A stretch of DNA of 63,619 bases, filler included. It is 4 parts of 4 records of this genome, joined end to end, with 100 filler letters (N's around TTAATTAATTAA, not from the genome) between each part and the next. Parts side by side here need not be neighbours in the genome. Positions count along the whole stretch, not along the records: positions 30,261 to 57,078 come from SRR31156797_9996; 3 more parts are not named here. One strand, given 5' to 3'. Under the pieces are notes generated by a model. That model worked only from the letters and a program-made list of their open reading frames with translations, did not search any database and was not told the DNA's origin. This document shows, one piece after another, positions 37,796 through 46,723 of the stretch. The position numbers and the translations under genes are program-made. Position 1 is the first letter of the stretch; the number at the start of each line of letters is the position of its first letter.

Positions 37796-38259
37796 GGATT
37801 CATCCTCCCCAATTCAACAGGTTCTACTCTCAAAACTTCAAATTCACGGACCATGCTCATATCTTTCCAGAGCAGATCGTGCCCTTTTAAAAAACGGAAA
37901 GTACGCACTTTGGACAACCATCCGTCTATCTCATCATTTGTTGCATTACGCCTCTCGCCAGCCCTGCAAACGAGCCTTAGAGCCGGTTGTGACTCAAACC
38001 TGCCCTTCCATAATGATTTAATCCAAAATCCAGGCCCAGGATGAACCGCCATTATGCTCATATTAGGGTTGCGTTCTAAATTATCACGCATAGCCTGCGG
38101 AAACTTTTCAAAGTAGTACCCATATCCTTCCCGCGGAAAGGCAACAGAACCAATCGGGGAAATACGCGGAAAGCCGTCAGCATCAAGTGTAGCAATTGAA
38201 ACATGCTGCACCTTGCCGAACAAGCCGAGAACATCCTGCCATGAAATATCTGACTGCAT
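37792..38259 (-). CDS. Pyridoxamine 5'-phosphate oxidase-like FMN-binding protein
   Basis: SIATLDADGFPRISPIGS, NLERNP. Confidence 0.8.
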   Translation of the reverse strand: MQSDISWQDVLGLFGKVQHVSIATLDADGFPRISPIGSVAFPREGYGYYFEKFPQAMRDNLERNPNMSIMAVHPGPGFWIKSLWKGRFESQPALRLVCRAGERRNATNDEIDGWLSKVRTFRFLKGHDLLWKDMSMVREFEVLRVEPVELGRMNP

Positions 38260-38274
38260 GATACAACCCCCTTT

Positions 38275-38844
38275 TTATTTCGCAGGAATTCTGTACAACT
38301 CCTGCTTCATTGTTTTGAGAATACAGCTATGATCTTTTTCCGAGATATTTGCCCCCATCATACGAACACCTAAAAACATGGAGTAACTGATTTTAGAAAG
38401 CAGGACTGCCCGCTCAGGATCTCCACTCACCTCTTCAAAAATTGACCGCAAATACTCAATTCGCATACGGTCAACACGCTCGATATACTTCTGTGCAAGC
38501 GAATCATGTAGAGCCCACGCCCTGATACTAGTTTCAGTCCCTGATGGCAGCTTGTGTGATTTTTCGACAATCAAATTGAAACGCTCAACTGCATTAACGC
38601 CCTCGCCCGCAGCTTCGATACTGGCAAGCGTCCAGCCTTCCACCCAATGCTCAAGCATCCGCTCCAGAAAATCTGCTCGATTCTTGAAGTGATGATAAAA
38701 TGAACCCTTTGTAACTCTTAGCTTCTTGCAAAGAGCATCAATTGTCAGCTGCTGTACACTTTCAGTTTCAAGCAACTTCAAACCTGCATCAAGCAGATCT
38801 TCAGCACAATGCCGAGACTCATTCCTTTCCGATTTCTTCGTCAT
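38275..38844 (-). CDS. TetR/AcrR family regulator
   Basis: LTIDALCKKLRVTKGSFYHHFKNR HTH; ATG 38844 with GGAGG RBS. Confidence 0.93.
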   Translation of the reverse strand: MTKKSERNESRHCAEDLLDAGLKLLETESVQQLTIDALCKKLRVTKGSFYHHFKNRADFLERMLEHWVEGWTLASIEAAGEGVNAVERFNLIVEKSHKLPSGTETSIRAWALHDSLAQKYIERVDRMRIEYLRSIFEEVSGDPERAVLLSKISYSMFLGVRMMGANISEKDHSCILKTMKQELYRIPAK

Positions 38845-38862
38845 CCTACCCTCCGTCACACA

Positions 38863-38881
38863 ATACCATACCGTATGGTAT
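38863..38881. promoter_or_regulatory. Putative TetR operator ATACCATAC-C-GTATGGTAT
   Basis: Perfect 9-1-9 palindrome about 20 bp upstream of the tetR start. Confidence 0.75.
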
Positions 38882-38927
38882 GTTCAAATTATACAAACCA
38901 TAAATCAAAGTCAACCCACAAACTCAC

Positions 38928-38966
38928 AAAAAAAGAGCCGCCTGTGGGGCAACCACAGACGGCTCT
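38928..38966 (-). terminator. Terminator of the cytochrome c3 gene
   Basis: agagccgcctgtgg-ggcaa-ccacagacggctct with an A run on + (U tract on -). Confidence 0.8.
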
Positions 38967-38999
38967 AGCGTACAACTTCGAAAAGCTATGGAACACTTT

Positions 39000-39497
39000 C
39001 TAGTTGTGTGCTCTTTCCTGTTTGGGGTGACATGCGTTGTTTGCACAAGGAGCAGTGGCAATATCAGTCTTGCCTTCCTTGTTCATCTTCACATGGCAAC
39101 CACGACAACTGATGTCACTCTGAAGGGTATGGAACGCCTTGAAGTAAGAGTGAGGTGCAGCTTTCTGTTTCAGATTGTCGTGACAACCGGGAGCAGCACA
39201 GCTCTTGATCTGAGACTGACCATCCCAAGTGTGGTGACACTTGGCACAGTTAACATCCTGATGGTCAAAGTGAGAAAACTTGACCGGTGTAAACCGAACC
39301 TGATTCAGCACTTCAGGACGTTTGAATTCGAGATTTACGGGAAACCTTACAACCAGCTCTTCGGAAACGATTTCTACCTTCTTGTCTCCGGAGATATTTG
39401 CAATCTCCTCACTGAGATTGCTGGTCGCGGTTGAGTACACAATTACGAGAACGGCAAAAACAACAGCCGCTCCTACATACAGAAAATTAGTCTTCAT
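39000..39497 (-). CDS. Tetraheme cytochrome c3 (class III) with N-terminal TM/signal segment
   Basis: Heme motifs CAKCH, CAAPGCH, CRGCH, CANNACH (2-4-2-4); FSHFDH and AFH distal His; GAGGAGG RBS before ATG 39497. Confidence 0.92.
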   Translation of the reverse strand: MKTNFLYVGAAVVFAVLVIVYSTATSNLSEEIANISGDKKVEIVSEELVVRFPVNLEFKRPEVLNQVRFTPVKFSHFDHQDVNCAKCHHTWDGQSQIKSCAAPGCHDNLKQKAAPHSYFKAFHTLQSDISCRGCHVKMNKEGKTDIATAPCANNACHPKQERAHN

Positions 39498-39622
39498 TCT
39501 ATTCCTCCTCATGAAAGTCGTACCTTCCTACTCAAATTCAGGGATTATTTCAATAAAAATACGTAGATGTACATACTCTGTAACGCCCGAAACCAGTGGT
39601 TTAAGCGACTACACAACACAGA

Positions 39623-39640
39623 TTGAGAAAAATTTCACAC
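39623..39640. promoter_or_regulatory. Putative Rex box TTGAGAA-AAAT-TTCACAC
   Basis: Two mismatches to TTGTGAA-N4-TTCACAA, about 125 bp upstream of the cytochrome start. Confidence 0.45.
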
Positions 39641-39929
39641 AAACCACTTTTATGTATAAGCAACACCATAAACCGTCAAACAACTACAACTATGCATATC
39701 AACATAATTTTACACAACTCAACTCGAAAAAGTTATATTCAGTAAGCATAGATTTAGAAAATTTTACACAAAACCATAAGCACAATCGATGAAATTAATA
39801 TCTATTAACTCAAAACTAGAAGTAAAAAAAACTTCACTTTTTTTCTATAATGACACATTTTCCACTTCTGTCCTGAATAACGGACATTCACAGAGGGAGA
39901 TTAACGCCCTGTCTTATATTCAAAACAAT

Positions 39930-39963
39930 AAAAAGCCCTTCTTTGTTACACAAAGAAGGGCTT
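39930..39963 (-). terminator. Terminator of the ABC operon
   Basis: aagcccttctttgt-tac-acaaagaagggctt with an upstream A run. Confidence 0.8.
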
Positions 39964-40003
39964 ACAATTATAAACGTAAATTCGGATCAAAAAGTCGGAA
40001 AAG

Positions 40004-41545
40004 CTACTCGCGAACCCCGGCCATAAGCAGGCCGATACTATTCACTTTCTCTTTGTCGTTGACTGAAAATTCATCCATGATCTGACCACAGTACATTACA
40101 GCCACACGATCAGCCAGTTGCAAAGCTTCACCGAGATCTCCAGTCACGAGCAGAACTCCAGCCATCTTACGGGCCTCCAGCAATCTATTCCAGACTTCCT
40201 CGGTGGCGGAGATATCCAGCCCCTGAGTAGGCTGCTCAGCAACAATAAGGTGCGGCTGACGATACAGTTCACGGGCCAATACCATTTTCTGCAGGTTACC
40301 GCCTGAAAGCTGCCACGCCAGAGCACTAATACGTCCGGGACGCACGTCGTACTCTTCAACTAGCTCTTCAGCTACTTTTGCAGCTTTATCGTGCTTCAGC
40401 AAAGGCCCTGCGGAAAATCCCTGTCGAGTGGTCAAAAGCAGGTTGTCCACTAGATCGAGATTTCGGGCTGTAGCAAGATCAAGACGGTCTTCCGGGATGT
40501 AAGACATGGAATTATTCCACTTCATCTCGGCAAAAAACTTACGCCATGGTTTGCCCATAATAAAAATTGTATCTTTGGGAGGCTTACGCATACCGCAGAC
40601 ACCTTCCACAAGCTCCTGCTGTCCGTTACCGGCAACACCAACTATGGCTACAACTTCACCCTTACGTACATCAAGATTAATGTCGCGCAACCCGATTCCA
40701 GTCATACCTTTGACTTCCAGAACCTTGTCGCCGATCTCAACCTCTTCCTTGTCAACTTCAAGAAGGACTTCCTTACCTACCATACGGCAGGCCAAATCAG
40801 CCTTGGAAGTAATTTTATCGCGGGGAACTTCAGCATCGATGTTACCGCGACGCAGAATGGCAACCTCATCAGCAATGGCCATGACTTCTTCAAGCTTATG
40901 ACTGATGAAGACCACGGACTTACCCTGACGAGTCATAGCCCAAAGGGCTTCGAAAAGCCGGAAAGCTTCGCGAGGGGTAAGAACCGCTGTGGGTTCATCG
41001 AAAATCAGCACTCTGCTCTCGCGGTAAAGCAGCTTGAGAATTTCCACACGCTGCTTCTCACCCATAGAAAGGGTTGAGACTTTGGCGGAAGGATCGATAT
41101 CAAGCTCGTAATCTTCTGCAAGCTTACGTACTCGCGCTTCCATCTCTTTGGGGTTGACGAAAAAACCGCCTTCCTGACCAAGCAGTACGTTCTGGGCAAC
41201 AGTCATGGTATCCACCAGCATGAAGTGCTGGTAAACCATGCCGACCCCGGCCTTGATGGCATCCTTGGAGTTGGAAAATTCAACGCGTTTGCCATCAACT
41301 TCAATGTAGCCTTCGTCAGGGCGGAAACGTCCGGCAAGCATGGACATGAGCGTACTCTTACCCGCTCCGTTCTCACCAAGCAGAGCCTTGATACGACCAG
41401 GATAAAGATCCAGAGAAATCTGATTATTAGCGACAACCTTACCGAAACGCTTAGTAATGCCCTTCAATGAGATAAGCGGCGCACAGCCTTCGAAACCGGT
41501 AGCCTTCTGGCATTCGGGACGGGTGAAATCCTGTTGTGAACTCAT
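40004..41545 (-). CDS. ABC transporter ATP-binding protein (CUT2 nucleoside/purine type, two NBDs)
   Basis: GENGAGKST, GMVYQHF, DEPTAVL, ISHKL, LSGGNLQK, QPTQGLD. Confidence 0.95.
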   Translation of the reverse strand: MSSQQDFTRPECQKATGFEGCAPLISLKGITKRFGKVVANNQISLDLYPGRIKALLGENGAGKSTLMSMLAGRFRPDEGYIEVDGKRVEFSNSKDAIKAGVGMVYQHFMLVDTMTVAQNVLLGQEGGFFVNPKEMEARVRKLAEDYELDIDPSAKVSTLSMGEKQRVEILKLLYRESRVLIFDEPTAVLTPREAFRLFEALWAMTRQGKSVVFISHKLEEVMAIADEVAILRRGNIDAEVPRDKITSKADLACRMVGKEVLLEVDKEEVEIGDKVLEVKGMTGIGLRDINLDVRKGEVVAIVGVAGNGQQELVEGVCGMRKPPKDTIFIMGKPWRKFFAEMKWNNSMSYIPEDRLDLATARNLDLVDNLLLTTRQGFSAGPLLKHDKAAKVAEELVEEYDVRPGRISALAWQLSGGNLQKMVLARELYRQPHLIVAEQPTQGLDISATEEVWNRLLEARKMAGVLLVTGDLGEALQLADRVAVMYCGQIMDEFSVNDKEKVNSIGLLMAGVRE

Positions 41546-41554
41546 CGCTACCAC

Positions 41555-42475
41555 CTATCCTTCAGGCTCGATGTTGATTCCCAGATGCGCGGGGGCATTA
41601 CCGCTACGTCCCCGCATAGCGGAGAAAATCAGCACCAGAATGGTCAGGGCGTAAGGCAGCATCAACAGCAAAGATGACGGGATATGGGTCCCCACAGCCT
41701 GCAAACGAAGCTGAAAAGCCATGACACCACCGAAAAGGTAAGCACCGAAAACAGCACGCCCCGGTCTCCAGAAAGCGAAGATAACCAAGGCAACCGCGAT
41801 CCAACCACGTCCACCGGAAAGGCCGTTTGACCAAAGATGAGTATAAGCGAGGGAAAGATACGAACCGCCCAGTCCAATAAAAAACCCACCGCCCAGCAGA
41901 GCGATCCAACGCAGACGGATGGCCTTGAGCCCCACGGCTGCTGCTGCAGCAGGCTTCTCACCTACGGCAGAAATTGCCAAACCGAGGCTGGTCCGGTTAA
42001 TAAAAAGCATAAACAACACCGGAATCAGGTAAGAGACATAAACAAGAGCATCCTGCTTGAAAAAAATATCCCCGACATAGGGAATCGATGACAGTACAGG
42101 AAAAGCGAACTTGTCAAATCCTTCAGTAACCGTTCCGATGTACGGGGTTCCAAGAAAGTTGCACAGCCCCACGCCGAGGATAGTCAAAGCCAGACCGGAA
42201 ACAACCTGATTACCGAGGCAGGTAATACAGACGATACCATGCAGCGCAGCCATGAATGTTCCGGCAATACCTCCAGCAATAAATCCAAGCCACGGATTGC
42301 CGGTGGTCATGGTCACAAAAAAGGCTGCAAAAGCCGCCATGCTCATCATGCCTTCGACACCGAGGTTGAGCACTCCGCCCTTCTCAGTGAGAATTTCACC
42401 GAGAGTGGCATAGAGGATCGGTGTACCGGACTGCACCGTGGCAGCCAGCAGGGGGACAATAAAACTTTCCAACAT
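41555..42475 (-). CDS. ABC transporter permease (nucleoside/purine type)
   Basis: EKGGVLNLGVEGMM, NQVVSGLAL, AVGEKP, GRGWIAVA, PYALT. Confidence 0.93.
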   Translation of the reverse strand: MLESFIVPLLAATVQSGTPILYATLGEILTEKGGVLNLGVEGMMSMAAFAAFFVTMTTGNPWLGFIAGGIAGTFMAALHGIVCITCLGNQVVSGLALTILGVGLCNFLGTPYIGTVTEGFDKFAFPVLSSIPYVGDIFFKQDALVYVSYLIPVLFMLFINRTSLGLAISAVGEKPAAAAAVGLKAIRLRWIALLGGGFFIGLGGSYLSLAYTHLWSNGLSGGRGWIAVALVIFAFWRPGRAVFGAYLFGGVMAFQLRLQAVGTHIPSSLLLMLPYALTILVLIFSAMRGRSGNAPAHLGINIEPEG

Positions 42476-42487
42476 TATATCACCCGA

Positions 42488-43546
42488 CTACTTCTTCTTA
42501 ACAATCTTATATGTAACCAACATCTGGCCCGCGAGGACGGACATAAGAATCAGTCCTTCCATAATAGAACCGAATGATGCCGGGGTCTGCAATTCCAGCT
42601 GCATGTTCTCAACCCCCACACGCAGTGCAGCGAGCAGGTAAGCGGAAATACCGATATACAGAGGATGCAGCCTAGCCAGCCAAGCAACAACAATGGCCGT
42701 ATAACCATAGCCGACCATAATGGAGGGCTGCAGCCTGTTGATGGTAGCTGAAGCTTCAATACATCCGGCCCATCCGGCTAATGCGCCGGAAATAGCCATG
42801 ACCAGAATGGTCAACATTCCGTAAGGCAGGCGGGAATACATGGCGATGCGCTCGCCTTCACCTGCAACCTTGATCTCGAAACCAAGGCGGGTAAAACGCA
42901 TAAACGCCCACATTGCAATACCGGAACCGACGCAGACAGCAAACCCCCAGTGCAGACGGGTATCGCCGATCTGACCGATAATGGCCCCCGGTGTAAACTC
43001 CGGAGTCACCGGAAAACCGAAACTGGCCGGATCCTTCCATGCGCCGAACACGAGGTAATCGAGCAGCAGGATAGCAATGTAGTTGAGCATCAGGGTGGAG
43101 ATAATCTCATTTACCTGCAATTTGAGCCGCAGGATAGCCGGGATATAAGCCCAGGCAGCACCAAAGAGCGCAGCGCAGATAAACATAAGCGGCATGAGCA
43201 GATAGCCGGGAAGACCGGGAAAAGTAAGCGCGGCCCATGTAGCCCCGATCGCACCGAGCGCAAACTGGCCCTCTGCCCCGATATTCCATACCTGCATCCT
43301 GAAGGCTGTAGCAACACCCAGTGCACAGAGAAAAATGGGAATAGATTTTAAGAGGGCATCTTCCAAAGCCCATGAAGCACCAAAAGACCCCTGCCAGAGC
43401 ACGAAGAGTCCTTGTACAGCAGATTTTCCCTGCAATTCAAGCAGGAGCGCGCTGATCCCGAAAGATAGAACCAGAGCGCCCACGATAATAAACGGGGCGC
43501 CCCAGTTCCAGGGTTCATCACGCTTTTGTAAACGATAACCCAACAT
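42488..43546 (-). CDS. ABC transporter permease (nucleoside/purine type)
   Basis: WNIGAEGQ, NEIISTLMLNY, GYGYTAIVVAWLA. Confidence 0.93.
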   Translation of the reverse strand: MLGYRLQKRDEPWNWGAPFIIVGALVLSFGISALLLELQGKSAVQGLFVLWQGSFGASWALEDALLKSIPIFLCALGVATAFRMQVWNIGAEGQFALGAIGATWAALTFPGLPGYLLMPLMFICAALFGAAWAYIPAILRLKLQVNEIISTLMLNYIAILLLDYLVFGAWKDPASFGFPVTPEFTPGAIIGQIGDTRLHWGFAVCVGSGIAMWAFMRFTRLGFEIKVAGEGERIAMYSRLPYGMLTILVMAISGALAGWAGCIEASATINRLQPSIMVGYGYTAIVVAWLARLHPLYIGISAYLLAALRVGVENMQLELQTPASFGSIMEGLILMSVLAGQMLVTYKIVKKK

Positions 43547-43552
43547 AAATTA

Positions 43553-44632
43553 TTACTTGGTATTTCCGATTACGCCTTCAACAAACCACATCATACCGAG
43601 CATTTCAGGATCGGTCATGGATTTTCCAGCGGGAACCACTACTTTACCGTTCTGATCTTTGATGGGACCAGCGAATACAGTATTCTTGCCTTCAACAATA
43701 TCTTTCTTGACGGCAGCAACCTTGTCCTTCACGTTCTGGGGGACCATGGGACCAAAGGGCGCAATTTTAACTACGTCCTGCTCCATGCCCCACCACAGGG
43801 ATTCATTACCCTGCCAGACACCGTCACGCAGCTGCTCAACAGCGTTCTTGAAGATCGGAGCCCAGTTCCAAATAGCTGCAGTAAGGTGGGATTTAGGTGC
43901 CATCTTAGACATATCGGAGTTGTAACCGATGGAGTACTTGCCGCGTTCCTGAGCAGCTTCCTGCGGGCCGGGTGAATCCTGATGCTGAGTGATAACATCA
44001 GCTTTCATATCCAGCAGGGAGATAGCTGCGTCTTTTTCCAATGCAGGATCGTACCAGGTTTTGGTCCATACTACGCGAACAGTAGCTTCGGGATTAACAG
44101 CACGTACACCAAGGGTGAAAGCGTTGATGCCGCGGATAACTTCAGGGATAGGGAAAGCAGCAACGTAACCGATTACGTTGGACTTGGTCATCATACCAGC
44201 AACGATACCGGTCAGGTAACGAGCCTGGTACATGCGGCCAAAGTAATTGCTCATATTAGGGGTAGTTTTGAAACCGGAGCAGTGCATGAATGCGGTCTTG
44301 GGAAATTTTTTGGAAACTTTAACCATGGGATCCATGTAGCCAAAGCTGGTACCGATAATCATGTCGTAACCTTTACGTGCAAAGTTCAGCACAACGCGTT
44401 CGGAGTCCGGACCTTCAGCAACGGCCTCAACATAAGAAGTTTCAACCCAGTCAAATTTATCGATTGCCTGACGGCCCTGATCCTGAGCATAGGAGTAACC
44501 TTCATCACCCACGGGGGTAATGTACACAAAACCGACTTTAACTTTGTCCTTCTTAGCTCCGGCAAACGCAACGGATGCCAGCATCACGGACATGGCCGCA
44601 ACAATGGCCATAAGCAGAACTTTACGCATCAT
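43553..44632 (-). CDS. BMP-family substrate-binding protein (purine/nucleoside)
   Basis: KVGFVY, GTSFGY, YQARYLTG, PIPEVIRGINAF, WYDP, QHQDS. Confidence 0.93.
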   Translation of the reverse strand: MMRKVLLMAIVAAMSVMLASVAFAGAKKDKVKVGFVYITPVGDEGYSYAQDQGRQAIDKFDWVETSYVEAVAEGPDSERVVLNFARKGYDMIIGTSFGYMDPMVKVSKKFPKTAFMHCSGFKTTPNMSNYFGRMYQARYLTGIVAGMMTKSNVIGYVAAFPIPEVIRGINAFTLGVRAVNPEATVRVVWTKTWYDPALEKDAAISLLDMKADVITQHQDSPGPQEAAQERGKYSIGYNSDMSKMAPKSHLTAAIWNWAPIFKNAVEQLRDGVWQGNESLWWGMEQDVVKIAPFGPMVPQNVKDKVAAVKKDIVEGKNTVFAGPIKDQNGKVVVPAGKSMTDPEMLGMMWFVEGVIGNTK

Positions 44633-44804
44633 CCACTCCTTGAGAATTGGTTAGTAAACCCTGTTGAAGCTCCGTACCAACGAACCTTCCCCTGATTGTG
44701 AAAACAAAAAAACAAATACACAACCAGCCCCCGGACTCACTGCGTCCGACAGCTGGAAATGCAAATGTCTGTAAACCTGAACCGAATTAAAACCGTAAAA
44801 GGCT

Positions 44805-45302
44805 TTAACTATTATTTTCCTGGCAAACCTTCACAATGGGCTGAGCGAACTGAGTCTCGCTATCCCACGGAAAGAGAATCCAAGTATCCTGACTTACTTC
44901 TGTGATGAAGGTCTCCACTAAAGGACGCCCTTCTGGTTTGGCATAAACCGTGGCGAAGTGGGCCTTGGGAACCATTTCCCGGACCAGTCTGGCAGTTCCT
45001 CCGGTATCAACAAGATCGTCAACCAGAAGCCAGCCTTCTCCATCGCCTTTGAAATCTTTAAGCACAGTGGCTTTCTTTTCCTGAACTTTCCAATCATAAG
45101 TGGAAATGCAAACGGTGTCGATAAGTCTTATATCAAGCTCGCGAGCCAGAATCGCCGCAGGAACAAGTCCTCCACGAGTAATGGCAAGGATACCTTCAAA
45201 AGGACCTTTTTCAAGCAACCGCCATGACAAAGCCCTGCAATCTCGGTGCAGCTGTTCCCATGAAATGGGATACATTTTATTATATCTGTCTGCCTTGGAC
45301 AA
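44805..45302 (-). CDS. gpt: Xanthine-guanine phosphoribosyltransferase
   Basis: [30 protein letters not shown] loop, [10 protein letters not shown]. Confidence 0.95.
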   Translation of the reverse strand: MSKADRYNKMYPISWEQLHRDCRALSWRLLEKGPFEGILAITRGGLVPAAILARELDIRLIDTVCISTYDWKVQEKKATVLKDFKGDGEGWLLVDDLVDTGGTARLVREMVPKAHFATVYAKPEGRPLVETFITEVSQDTWILFPWDSETQFAQPIVKVCQENNS

Positions 45303-45630
45303 TTTATCTTCTCCTTAATTTCCATGCATGCACGCGGTTTCCCTAGCCCAAGGAATGGACAAGAGCAACATAAAAATAAACGCAATTCCACATTTATGAA
45401 AATTCAGGCTTCTTTTCCACCAGATCAGATCGACCTCAATTACCGTAAAATAACACTTTAAACGGCAATCCATCTTTTAACAGCAGAAATCTCATCCCGT
45501 CTACCCTGAGAAGGCATTGAAAGAACTTCCCCGGAGCCATTATATATTTTTAATTTTACATAAAACACAGGCAAGGATAAAAGAATAGTTAGAGCTGAGA
45601 AAATCCAATCAACTTAACAATCAAAGGTCA

Positions 45631-46719
45631 ATGCTTATGAGATTTAAGGATGCCGCCCGACTGCGCTATAAAATAACCCTTCCCCTAATTCTTGTGCTGT
45701 CTCTGGCTGCACTTTATTTTTTTCATACCATACTCATTGAACGCAGAAACCTCATAGAAACCCTAAATCTACTCAGTAGCTTGCGCACAATGTCTGTCGA
45801 AGTACAGACTGCTCCAGCTGAGATAAACCATGAATCCACAATAAGGATATTCAACTCTATTATTGACGAATTACAGAACAACCCTGCAGACAGCCGCTTG
45901 ACCATCCTGCTGGATAACGAGCACTCCAAACTTTTTGACTCCGCTGATAATTTTCTCAAAGCCGTAGCATCCGGTGACAGCAAAGCAATAACCGCAGCTA
46001 CACGCAAACTGGACTCGTCCATAAGTATGGCTACAGGAGATATCAACAAAATTTCAGATTACTTCCATGTAAATATGGTGAAATATGAATATGGAATCCT
46101 CTTTCTAATCTGCATCCTTGCGGTGCTCCATCACTTCCTTGTAGACTCTCCCATGCGTGAAGAATTGGTCCGTTGTGCCCGGGAAAAGGAAGTCAGCAAA
46201 TCAACCATCAAAAAACTTGCTGAGCGGGACACCCTGACCAACCTTCCCGGCAGGATGAAATTTTACGAAGATTCTGAGAAGGCCGTTTCCACCGCCACAA
46301 GATACGGTTCGGACCTCGCGCTCATAAAAATGGATATCCACGATTTTAAAACCATCAACCAGAAGCACGGTCAAAAAGCCGGGGATAAAATTCTAGCTGG
46401 ATTTGCACGCGTGGTGCGTAAAAATTTAAGGCGCCCGGACAGCTTCTTCCGGGTCGGCGGGGACAAGTTCATCATACTCGCTCCGCATACGAGCGTAACC
46501 AACGCTAAGAACCTTACTGAAAAAATCAACAAACTAATCTTAACCACCAAAAGTCTGAAGGCTGTTCCTTTCACAATGAATATCGGGATCGCCATGTGCG
46601 GACATGGAGAATCCGGTGAATCCCTGCTCAAAAAAGTTGATCTTGCCTTAAGTGAATCCAAAAAATACGGTCCCGGAACCGTATACACCCACCCCGAATC
46701 TGCAAAACCTGCTGAGTAA
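45631..46719 (+). CDS. Membrane-anchored GGDEF-domain protein with degenerate active site (GGDKF)
   Basis: Two TM helices; DTLTNLP; DIHDFK; RRPD I-site followed by GGDKF. Confidence 0.88.
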   Translation: MLMRFKDAARLRYKITLPLILVLSLAALYFFHTILIERRNLIETLNLLSSLRTMSVEVQTAPAEINHESTIRIFNSIIDELQNNPADSRLTILLDNEHSKLFDSADNFLKAVASGDSKAITAATRKLDSSISMATGDINKISDYFHVNMVKYEYGILFLICILAVLHHFLVDSPMREELVRCAREKEVSKSTIKKLAERDTLTNLPGRMKFYEDSEKAVSTATRYGSDLALIKMDIHDFKTINQKHGQKAGDKILAGFARVVRKNLRRPDSFFRVGGDKFIILAPHTSVTNAKNLTEKINKLILTTKSLKAVPFTMNIGIAMCGHGESGESLLKKVDLALSESKKYGPGTVYTHPESAKPAE

Positions 46720-46723
46720 TAAA

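Noticed and set aside
39322-40085. ORFs 39322-39792 and 39789-40085 on the + strand
   Set aside because: They overlap real genes antisense and run through AT-rich promoter and terminator DNA with no protein-like features
45303-45630. Purine riboswitch upstream of gpt
   Set aside because: The conserved aptamer words (TATAAT..GATATGG..GTTTCTAC..CCGTAAA) are not found in order on the minus strand; an Infernal scan would settle it
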